From Auanema rhodensis (taxonomy: Eukaryota > Animalia > Nematoda): 64,000 bases of DNA. Below the pieces are notes generated by a model. It worked only from the letters and a program-made list of their open reading frames with translations. It did no database searches and was not told the DNA's origin. The stretch lies in assembly GCA_964057225.1 (NCBI GenBank), contig OZ059895.1, positions 21,390,001 to 21,454,000 on the forward strand, given 5' to 3'. The position numbers and the translations under genes were made by a program. Positions 53,352 through 64,000 of this stretch are shown here, one piece after another (position 1 is the first letter of the stretch; each line of letters begins with the position of its first letter).

Positions 53352-56300
53352 AACGATCATAACTAATTTTTGTATTAAGCGTTTCTCAATGTAGTATAGT
53401 GCATTTGATGCGGATTTTTAAGCTGCGTCGATCTGTGTTATCAGATTTGCGCTAGCTTAAAAATGCACCGAGATATCAACTGATATAAGTTCACACTTAG
53501 ATCCTCGATTTTCACCCTGAAGAATTAATTTTTTCGTTGAATAACAATGTCCATCGTATTTGCCTTGAAAAACGGAATCTAAAAACATCTACTTTTTGCT
53601 AAATTATTCTGAAATTTTTCGAAAAAATTTTTGTCAAAATGTTTTTGGAAGCAATGTTGAGTGTACATGGAAACTCAACATACACTAATGCATCATTTTT
53701 CAAACGATCATAACTAATTTTTGTATTAAGCGTTTCTCAATGTAGTATAGTGCATTCGATGCGGATTTTTAAGCTGCGTCGATCTGTGTTATCAGATTTG
53801 CGCTAGCTTAAAAATGCACCGAGATATCAACTGATATAAGTTCACACTTATATCCTCGATTTTCACCCTGAAGAATTAATTTTTTCGTTGAATAACATTG
53901 TCCATCGTCTTTGCCTTGAAAAAAGGAATCTAAAAACATCTCCTTTTTGCTAAATTATTTTGAAACTTTTCGAAAAAATTTTTGTCAAAATGTTTTTGGA
54001 AGCAATGTTGAGTGTACATGGAAACTCAACATACACTAATGCATCATTTTTCAAACGATCATAACTAATTTTTGTATTGAGCGTTTCTCAATGTAGTATA
54101 GTGCATTCGATGCGGATTTTTAAGCTGCGTCGATCTGTGTTATCAGATTTGCGCTAGCTTAAAAATGCACCGAGATATCAACTGATATAAGTTCACACTT
54201 ATATCCTCGATTTTCACCCTGAAGAATTAATTTTTTCGTTGAATAACATTGTCCATCGTCTTTGCCTTGAAAAAAGGAATCTAAAAACATCTCCTTTTTG
54301 CTAAATTATTTTGAAATTTTTCGAAAAAATTTTTGTCAAAATGTTTTTGGAAGCAATGTTGAGTGTACATGGAAACTCAACATACACTAATGCATCATTT
54401 TTCAAACGATCATAACTAATTTTTGTATTAAGCGTTTCTCAATGTAGTATAGTGCATTCGATGCGGATTTTTAAGCTGCGTCGATCTGTGTTATCAGATT
54501 TGCGCTAGCTTAAAAATGCACCGAGATATCAACTGATATAAGTTCACACTTAGATCCTCGATTTTCACCCTGAAGAATTAATTTTTTCGTTGAATAACAA
54601 TGTCCATCGTATTTGCCTTGAAAAACGGAATCTAAAAACATCTACTTTTTGCTAAATTATTCTGAAATTTTTCGAAAAAATTTTTGTCAAAATGTTTTTG
54701 GAAGCAATGTTGAGTGTACATGGAAACTCAACATACACTAATGCATCATTTTTCAAACGATCATAACTAATTTTTGTATTATGCGTTTCTCAATGTAGTA
54801 TAGTGCATTCGATGCGGATTTTTAAGCTGCGTCGATCTGTGTTATCAGATTTGCGCTAGCTTAAAAATGCACCGAGATATCAACTGATATAAGTTCACAC
54901 TTATATCCTCGATTTTCACCCTGAAGAATTAATTTTTTCGTTGAATAACATTGTCCATCGTCTTTGCCTTGAAAAAAGGAATCTAAAAACATCTCCTTTT
55001 TGCTAAATTATTTTGAAACTTTTCGAAAAAATTTTTGTCAAAATGTTTTTGGAAGCAATGTTGAGTGTACATGGAAACTCAACATACACTAATGCATCAT
55101 TTTTCAAACGATCATAACTAATTTTTGTATTGAGCGTTTCTCAATGTAGTATAGTGCATTCGATGCGGATTTTTAAGCTGCGTCGATCTGTGTTATCAGA
55201 TTTGCGCTAGCTTAAAAATGCACCGAGATATCAACTGATATAAGTTCACACTTATATCCTCGATTTTCACCCTGAAGAATTAATTTTTTCGTTGAATAAC
55301 ATTGTCCATCGTCTTTGCCTTGAAAAAAGGAATCTAAAAACATCTACTTTTTGCTAAATTATTTCGAAATTTTTCGAAAAAATTTTTGTCAAAATGTTTT
55401 TGGAAGCAATGTTGAGTGTACATGGAAACTCAACATACACTAATGCATCATTTTTCAAACGATCATAACTAATTTTTGTATTAAGCGTTTCTCAATGTAG
55501 TATAGTGCATTCGATGCGGATTTTTAAGCTGCGTCGATCTGTGTTATCAGATTTGCGCTAGCTTAAAAATGCACCGAGATATCAACTGATATAAGTTCAC
55601 ACTTATATCCTCGATTTTCACCCTGAATAATTAATTTTTTCGTTGAATAACATTGTCCATCGTCTTTGCCTTGAAAAAAGGAATCTAAAAACATCTCCTT
55701 TTTGCTAAATTATTTTGAAATTTTTCGAAAAAATTTTTGTCAAAATGTTTTTGGAAGCAATGTTGAGTGTACATGGAAACTCAACATACACTAATGCATC
55801 ATTTTTCAAACGATCATAACTAATTTTTGTATTAAGCGTTTCTCAATGTAGTATAGTGCATTCGATGCGGATTTTTAAGCTGCGTCGATCTGTGTTATCA
55901 GATTTGCGCTAGCTTAAAAATGCACCGAGATATCAACTGATATAAGTTCACACTTAGATCCTCGATTTTCACCCTGAAGAATTAATTTTTTCGTTGAATA
56001 ACAATGTCCATCGTATTTGCCTTGAAAAACGGAATCTAAAAACATCTACTTTTTGCTAAATTATTCTGAAATTTTTCGAAAAAATTTTTGTCAAAATGTT
56101 TTTGGAAGCAATGTTGAGTGTACATGGAAACTCAACATACACTAATGCATCATTTTTCAAACGATCATAACTAATTTTTGTATTAAGCGTTTCTCAATGT
56201 AGTATAGTGCATTCGATGCGGATTTTTAAGCTGCGTCGATCTGTGTTATCAGATTTGCGCTAGCTTAAAAATGCACCGAGATATCAACTGATATAAGTTC

Positions 56301-56874
56301 ACACTTATATCCTCGATTTTCACCCTGAAAAATTAATTTTTTCGTTGAATAACATTGTCCATCGTCTTTACCTTGAAAAAAGGAATCTAAAAACATCTCC
56401 TTTTTGCTAAATTATTTTGAAACTTTTCGAAAAAATTTTTGTCAAAATGTTTTTGGAAGCAATGTTGAGTGTACATGGAAACTCAACATACACTAATGCA
56501 TCATTTTTCAAACGATCATAACTAATTTTTGTATTGAGCGTTTCTCAATGTAGTATAGTGCATTCGATGCGGATTTTTAAGCTGTTTTTTTAAGCTGTGT
56601 CGATCTGTGTTATCAGATTTGCGCTAGCTTAAAAATGCACCGAGATATCAACTGATATAAGTTCACACTTATATCCTCGATTTTCACCCTGAAGAATTAA
56701 TTTTTTCGTTGAATAACATTGTCCATCGTCTTTGCCTTGAAAAAAGGAATCTAAAAACATCTACTTTTTGCTAAATTATTTCGAAATTTTTCGAAAAAAT
56801 TTTTGTCAAAATGTTTTTGGAAGCAATGTTGAGTGTACATGGAAACTCAACATACACTAATGCATCATTTTTCA
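53352..56874. repeat. 3/4-monomer higher-order repeat, three copies (M153-162)
   Basis: T149G+X at M153, M156 and M160, each followed by A240C+T264C and then an A26G monomer. Confidence 0.83.
56573..56598. other. 13-bp tandem duplication inside M162 (364-bp monomer)
   Basis: ATTTTTAAGCTGT followed by TTTTTTAAGCTGT; the array phase shifts by +13. Confidence 0.93.
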
Positions 56875-57578
56875 AACGATCATAACTAATTTTTGTATTA
56901 AGCGTTTCTCAATGTAGTATAGTGCATTCGATGCGGATTTTTAAGCTGCGTCGATCTGTGTTATCAGATTTGCGCTAGCTTAAAAATGCACCGAGATATC
57001 AACTGATATAAGTTCACACTTATATCCTCGATTTTCACCCTGAAGAATTAATTTTTTCGTTGAATAACATTGTCCATCGTCTTTGCCTTGAAAAAAGAAA
57101 TTTATAAAAACATCTACTTTTTGCTAAATTATTTCGAAATGTTTCGAAAAAATTTTTGTCAAAATGTTTTTGGAAGCAATGTTGAGTGTACATGGAAACT
57201 CAACATACACTAATGCATCATTTTTCAAACGATCATAACTAATTTTTGTATTAAGCGTTTCTCAATGTAGTATAGTGCATTCGATGCGGATTTTTAAGCT
57301 GCGTCGATCTGTGTTATCAGATTTGCGCTAGCTTAAAAATGCACCGAGATATCAACTGATATAAGTTCACACTTATATCCTCAATTTTCACCCTGAAGAA
57401 TTAATTTTTTCGTTGAATAACATTGTCCATCGTCTTTGCCTTGAAAAAAGGAATCTAAAAACATCTACTTTTTGCTAAATTATTTTGAAATTTTTCGAAA
57501 AAATTTTTGTCAAAATGTTTTTGGAAGCAATGTTGAGTGTACATGGAAACTCAACATACACTAATGCATCATTTTTCA

Positions 57579-60500
57579 AACGATCATAACTAATTTTTGT
57601 ATTGAGCGTTTCTCAATGTAGTATAGTGCATTCGATGCGGATTTTTAAGCTGCGTCGATCTGTGTTATCAGATTTGCGCTAGCTTAAAAATGCACCGAGA
57701 TATCAACTGATATAAGTTCACACTTATATCCTCAATTTTCACCCTGAAGAATTAATTTTTTCGTTGAATAACATTGTCCATCGTCTTTGCCTTGAAAAAA
57801 GGAATCTAAAAACATCTACTTTTTGCTAAATTATTTTGAAATTTTTCGGAAAAATTTTTGTCAAAATGTTTTTGGAAGCAATGTTGAGTGTACATGGAAA
57901 CTCAACATACACTAATGCATCATTTTTCAAACGATCATAACTAATTTTTGTATTGAGCGTTTCTCAATGTAGTATAGTGCATTCGATGCGGATTTTTAAG
58001 CTGCGTCGATCTGTGTTATCAGATTTGCGCTAGCTTAAAAATGCACCGAGATATCAACTGATATAAGTTCACACTTATATCCTCAATTTTCACCCTGAAG
58101 AATTAATTTTTTCGTTGAATAACATTGTCCATCGTCTTTGCCTTGAAAAAAGGAATCTAAAAACATCTACTTTTTGCTAAATTATTTTGAAATTTTTCGA
58201 AAAAATTTTTGTCAAAATGTTTTTGGAAGCAATGTTGAGTGTACATGGAAACTCAACATACACTAATGCATCATTTTTCAAACGATCATAACTAATTTTT
58301 GTATTGAGCGTTTCTCAATGTAGTATAGTGCATTCGATGCGGATTTTTAAGCTGCGTCGATCTGTGTTATCAGATTTGCGCTAGCTTAAAAATGCACCGA
58401 GATATCAACTGATATAAGTTCACACTTATATCCTCAATTTTCACCCTGAAGAATTAATTTTTTCGTTGAATAACATTGTCCATCGTCTTTGCCTTGAAAA
58501 AAGGAATCTAAAAACATCTACTTTTTGCTAAATTATTTTGAAATTTTTCGGAAAAATTTTTGTCAAAATGTTTTTGGAAGCAATGTTGAGTGTACATGGA
58601 AACTCAACATACACTAATGCATCATTTTTCAAACGATCATAACTAATTTTTGTATTGAGCGTTTCTCAATGTAGTATAGTGCATTCGATGCGGATTTTTA
58701 AGCTGCGTCGATCTGTGTTATCAGATTTGCGCTAGCTTAAAAATGCACCGAGATATCAACTGATATAAGTTCACACTTATATCCTCGATTTTCACCCTGA
58801 AGAATTAATTTTTTCGTTGAATAACATTGTCCATCGTCTTTGCCTTGAAAGAAGGAATCTAAAAACATCTCCTTTTTGCTAAATTATTTTGAAATTTTTC
58901 GAAAAAATTTTTGTCAAAATGTTTTTGGAAGCAATGTTGAGTGTACATGGAAACTCAACATACACTAATGCATCATTTTTCAAACGATCATAACTAATTT
59001 TTGTATTGAGCGTTTCTCAATGTAGTATAGTGCATTCGATGCGGATTTTTAAGCTGCGTCGATCTGTGTTATCAGATTTGCGCTAGCTTAAAAATGCACC
59101 GAGATATCAACTGATATAAGTTCACACTTATATCCTCGATTTTCACCCTGAAGAATTAATTTTTTCGTTGAATAACATTGTCCATCGTCTTTGCTTTGAA
59201 AAAAGGAATCTAAAAACATCTACTTTTTGCTAAATTATTTCGAAATTTTTCGAAAAAATTTTTGTCAAAATGTTTTTGGAAGCAATGTTGAGTGTACATG
59301 GAAACTCAACATACACTAATGCATCATTTTTCAAACGATCATAACTAATTTTTGTATTAAGCGTTTCTCAATGTAGTATAGTGCATTCGATGCGGATTTT
59401 TAAGCTGCGTCGATCTGTGTTATCAGATTTGCGCTAGCCTAAAAATGCACCGAGATATCAACTGATATAAGTTCACACTTATATCCTCGATTTTCACCCT
59501 GAAGAATTAATTTTTTCGTTGAATAACATTGTCCATCGTCTTTGCCTTGAAAAAAGAAATTTATAAAAACATCTACTTTTTGCTAAATTATTTCGAAATG
59601 TTTCGAAAAAATTTTTGTCAAAATGTTTTTGGAAGCAATGTTGAGTGTACATGGAAACTCAACATACACTAATGCATCATTTTTCAAACGATCATAACTA
59701 ATTTTTGTATTAAGCGTTTCTCAATGTAGTATAGTGCATTCGATGCGGATTTTTAAGCTGCGTCGATCTGTGTTATCAGATTTGCGCTAGCTTAAAAATG
59801 CACCGAGATATCAACTGATATAAGTTCACACTTATATCCTCAATTTTCACCCTGAAGAATTAATTTTTTCGTTGAATAACATTGTCCATCGTCTTTGCCT
59901 TGAAAAAAGGAATCTAAAAACATCTACTTTTTGCTAAATTATTTTGAAATTTTTCGGAAAAATTTTTGTCAAAATGTTTTTGGAAGCAATGTTGAGTGTA
60001 CATGGAAACTCAACATACACTAATGCATCATTTTTCAAACGATCATAACTAATTTTTGTATTGAGCGTTTCTCAATGTAGTATAGTGCATTCGATGCGGA
60101 TTTTTAAGCTGCGTCGATCTGTGTTATCAGATTTGCGCTAGCTTAAAAATGCACCGAGATATCAACTGATATAAGTTCACACTTATATCCTCAATTTTCA
60201 CCCTGAAGAATTAATTTTTTCGTTGAATAACATTGTCCATCGTCTTTGCCTTGAAAAAAGGAATCTAAAAACATCTACTTTTTGCTAAATTATTTTGAAA
60301 TTTTTCGAAAAAATTTTTGTCAAAATGTTTTTGGAAGCAATGTTGAGTGTACATGGAAACTCAACATACACTAATGCATCATTTTTCAAACGATCATAAC
60401 TAATTTTTGTATTGAGCGTTTCTCAATGTAGTATAGTGCATTCGATGCGGATTTTTAAGCTGCGTCGATCTGTGTTATCAGATTTGCGCTAGCTTAAAAA

Positions 60501-61794
60501 TGCACCGAGATATCAACTGATATAAGTTCACACTTATATCCTCAATTTTCACCCTGAAGAATTAATTTTTTCGTTGAATAACATTGTCCATCGTCTTTGC
60601 CTTGAAAAAAGGAATCTAAAAACATCTACTTTTTGCTAAATTATTTTGAAATTTTTCGGAAAAATTTTTGTCAAAATGTTTTTGGAAGCAATGTTGAGTG
60701 TACATGGAAACTCAACATACACTAATGCATCATTTTTCAAACGATCATAACTAATTTTTGTATTGAGCGTTTCTCAATGTAGTATAGTGCATTCGATGCG
60801 GATTTTTAAGCTGCGTCGATCTGTGTTATCAGATTTGCGCTAGCTTAAAAATGCACCGAGATATCAACTGATATAAGTTCACACTTATATCCTCGATTTT
60901 CACCCTGAAGAATTAATTTTTTCGTTGAATAACATTGTCCATCGTCTTTGCCTTGAAAGAAGGAATCTAAAAACATCTCCTTTTTGCTAAATTATTTTGA
61001 AATTTTTCGAAAAAATTTTTGTCAAAATGTTTTTGGAAGCAATGTTGAGTGTACATGGAAACTCAACATACACTAATGCATCATTTTTCAAACGATCATA
61101 ACTAATTTTTGTATTGAGCGTTTCTCAATGTAGTATAGTGCATTCGATGCGGATTTTTAAGCTGCGTCGATCTGTGTTATCAGATTTGCGCTAGCTTAAA
61201 AATGCACCGAGATATCAACTGATATAAGTTCACACTTATATCCTCGATTTTCACCCTGAAGAATTAATTTTTTCGTTGAATAACATTGTCCATCGTCTTT
61301 GCTTTGAAAAAAGGAATCTAAAAACATCTACTTTTTGCTAAATTATTTCGAAATTTTTCGAAAAAATTTTTGTCAAAATGTTTTTGGAAGCAATGTTGAG
61401 TGTACATGGAAACTCAACATACACTAATGCATCATTTTTCAAACGATCATAACTAATTTTTGTATTAAGCGTTTCTCAATGTAGTATAGTGCATTCGATG
61501 CGGATTTTTAAGCTGCGTCGATCTGTGTTATCAGATTTGCGCTAGCCTAAAAATGCACCGAGATATCAACTGATATAAGTTCACACTTATATCCTCGATT
61601 TTCACCCTGAAGAATTAATTTTTTCGTTGAATAACATTGTCCATCGTCTTTGCCTTGAAAAAAGAAATTTATAAAAACATCTACTTTTTGCTAAATTATT
61701 TCGAAATGTTTCGAAAAAATTTTTGTCAAAATGTTTTTGGAAGCAATGTTGAGTGTACATGGAAACTCAACATACACTAATGCATCATTTTTCA
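57579..61794. repeat. 6-monomer tandem duplication (M165-170 ~ M171-176, 2108 bp)
   Basis: G156A+A271G; A26G+G156A; A26G+G156A+A271G; A220G+A240C; C213T+T259C; T106C with the 353-bp type W, occurring twice. Confidence 0.87.
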
Positions 61795-63904
61795 AACGAT
61801 CATAACTAATTTTTGTATTAAGCGTTTCTCAATGTAGTATAGTGCATTCGATGCGGATTTTTAAGCTGCGTCGATCTGTGTTATCAGATTTGCGCTAGCT
61901 TAAAAATGCACCGAGATATCAACTGATATAAGTTCACACTTATATCCTCAATTTTCACCCTGAAGAATTAATTTTTTCGTTGAATAACATTGTCCATCGT
62001 CTTTGCCTTGAAAAAAGGAATCTAAAAACATCTACTTTTTGCTAAATTATTTTGAAATTTTTCGAAAAAATTTTTGTCAAAATGTTTTTGGAAGCAATGT
62101 TGAGTGTACATGGAAACTCAACATACACTAATGCATCATTTTTCAAACGATCATAACTAATTTTTGTATTGAGCGTTTCTCAATGTAGTATAGTGCATTC
62201 GATGCGGATTTTTAAGCTGCGTCGATCTGTGTTATCAGATTTGCGCTAGCTTAAAAATGCACCGAGATATCAACTGATATAAGTTCACACTTATATCCTC
62301 GATTTTCACCCTGAAGAATTAATTTTTTCGTTGAATAACATTGTCCATCGTCTTTGCTTTGAAAAAAGGAATCTAAAAACATCTACTTTTTGCTAAATTA
62401 TTTCGAAATTTTTCGAAAAAATTTTTGTCAAAATGTTTTTGGAAGCAATGTTGAGTGTACATGGAAACTCAACATACACTAATGCATCATTTTTCAAACG
62501 ATCATAACTAATTTTTGTATTAAGCGTTTCTCAATGTAGTATAGTGCATTCGATGCGGATTTTTAAGCTGCGTCGATCTGTGTTATCAGATTTGCGCTAG
62601 CTTAAAAATGCACCGAGATATCAACTGATATAAGTTCACACTTATATCCTCGATTTTCACCCTGAAGAATTAATTTTTTCGTTGAATAACATTGTCCATC
62701 GTCTTTGCCTTGAAAAAAGAAATTTATAAAAACATCTACTTTTTGCTAAATTATTTCGAAATGTTTCGAAAAAATTTTTGTCAAAATGTTTTTGGAAGCA
62801 ATGTTGAGTGTACATGGAAACTCAACATACACTAATGCATCATTTTTCAAACGATCATAACTAATTTTTGTATTAAGCGTTTCTCAATGTAGTATAGTGC
62901 ATTCGATGCGGATTTTTAAGCTGCGTCGATCTGTGTTATCAGATTTGCGCTAGCTTAAAAATGCACCGAGATATCAACTGATATAAGTTCACACTTATAT
63001 CCTCAATTTTCACCCTGAAGAATTAATTTTTTCGTTGAATAACATTGTCCATCGTCTTTGCCTTGAAAAAAGGAATCTAAAAACATCTACTTTTTGCTAA
63101 ATTATTTTGAAATTTTTCGAAAAAATTTTTGTCAAAATGTTTTTGGAAGCAATGTTGAGTGTACATGGAAACTCAACATACACTAATGCATCATTTTTCA
63201 AACGATCATAACTAATTTTTGTATTGAGCGTTTCTCAATGTAGTATAGTGCATTCGATGCGGATTTTTAAGCTGCGTCGATCTGTGTTATCAGATTTGCG
63301 CTAGCTTAAAAATGCACCGAGATATCAACTGATATAAATTCACACTTATATCCTCGATTTTCACCCTGAAGAATTAATTTTTTCGTTGAATAACATTGTC
63401 CATCGTCTTTGCTTTGAAAAAAGGAATCTAAAAACATCTACTTTTTGCTAAATTATTTCGAAATTTTTCGAAAAAATTTTTGTCAAAATGTTTTTGGAAG
63501 CAATGTTGAGTGTACATGGAAACTCAACATACACTAATGCATCATTTTTCAAACGATCATAACTAATTTTTGTATTAAGCGTATCTCAATGTAGTATAGT
63601 GCATTCGATGCGGATTTTTAAGCTGCGTCGATCTGTGTTATCAGATTTGCGCTAGCTTAAAAATGCACCGACATATCAACTGATATAAGTTCACACTTAT
63701 ATCCTCGATTTTCACCCTGAAGAATTAATTTTTTCGTTGAATAACATTGTCCATCGTCTTTGCCTTGAAAAAAGAAATTTATAAAAACATCTACTTTTTG
63801 CTAAATTATTTCGAAATGTTTCGAAAAAATTTTTGTCAAAATGTTTTTGGAAGCAATGTTGAGTGTACATGGAAACTCAACATACACTAATGCATCATTT
63901 TTCA
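61091..63904. repeat. 3-monomer higher-order repeat (1055 bp): C213T+T259C; 353-bp type W; G156A
   Basis: W monomers start at 61442, 62497 and 63552; C213T monomers start at 61091, 62146 and 63201. Confidence 0.85.
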
Positions 63905-64000
63905 AACGATCATAACTAATTTTTGTATTAAGCGTTTCTCAATGTAGTATAGTGCATTCGATGCGGATTTTTAAGCTGCGTCGATCTGTGTTATCAGATT

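Larger units (their letters stand above)
1..64000. repeat. Tandem satellite DNA array, 351-bp monomer, 182 full copies + 96 bp, continuing past both window edges
   Basis: AACGATCATAACT recurs at 1, 352, 703 ... 7021, 14041 (period 351). The phase shifts only at a 1-bp deletion near 15003, a 13-bp insertion near 56586 and five 2-bp insertions after 57 kb; the last monomer starts at 63905. No non-satellite sequence or orientation switch seen. Confidence 0.99.

Noticed and set aside
1-64000. Endless repetitive ORF, since 351 = 117 codons keeps the frame
   Set aside because: All six frames have stops in each monomer: + strand TAA 13-15, TAG 41-43, TAA 9-11; - strand opposite TTA 67-69, TCA 35-37, TCA 6-8.
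1-64000. CRISPR array or hairpin repeats with spacers
   Set aside because: The sequences between hairpins are identical in every unit; there are no unique spacers and no cas genes.
1-64000. CpG-methylation mutation signature (G156A in about 30% of monomers, G185A, C184T, G4A, C269T, C55T, G100A, C75T)
   Set aside because: By my count about 8-9 of 24 CpG bases versus about 19 of 86 other G/C bases show transitions, only a modest excess, and CpG is not depleted (12 observed versus about 9 expected). Methylation calls are needed.

Overview
The whole 64-kb window is one uninterrupted head-to-tail tandem array of an AT-rich (about 31% GC by my count) 351-bp satellite monomer: 182 complete copies plus 96 bp of a 183rd, all in one orientation. 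There are no genes, RNA genes, transposon insertions or CRISPR arrays; all six frames contain stops in every monomer. It resembles eukaryotic centromeric/pericentromeric satellite DNA, but I do not recognise the family or species. Monomers are numbered M1-M183 from base 1; variants are given in monomer coordinates against the majority sequence and were typed by eye, so a few may be missed. Monomers differ from consensus at 0-8 positions. The structure worth attention: (i) the monomer is largely built of inverted repeats; (ii) variation is concentrated at 211-277 and nearly absent at 278-348; (iii) shared variants define local higher-order repeats of changing period (2-12 monomers); (iv) both flanks share alleles missing from the centre, as in layered expansion; (v) some mutations and indels look templated by the hairpins. 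I found no evidence for a new gene-encoded system.
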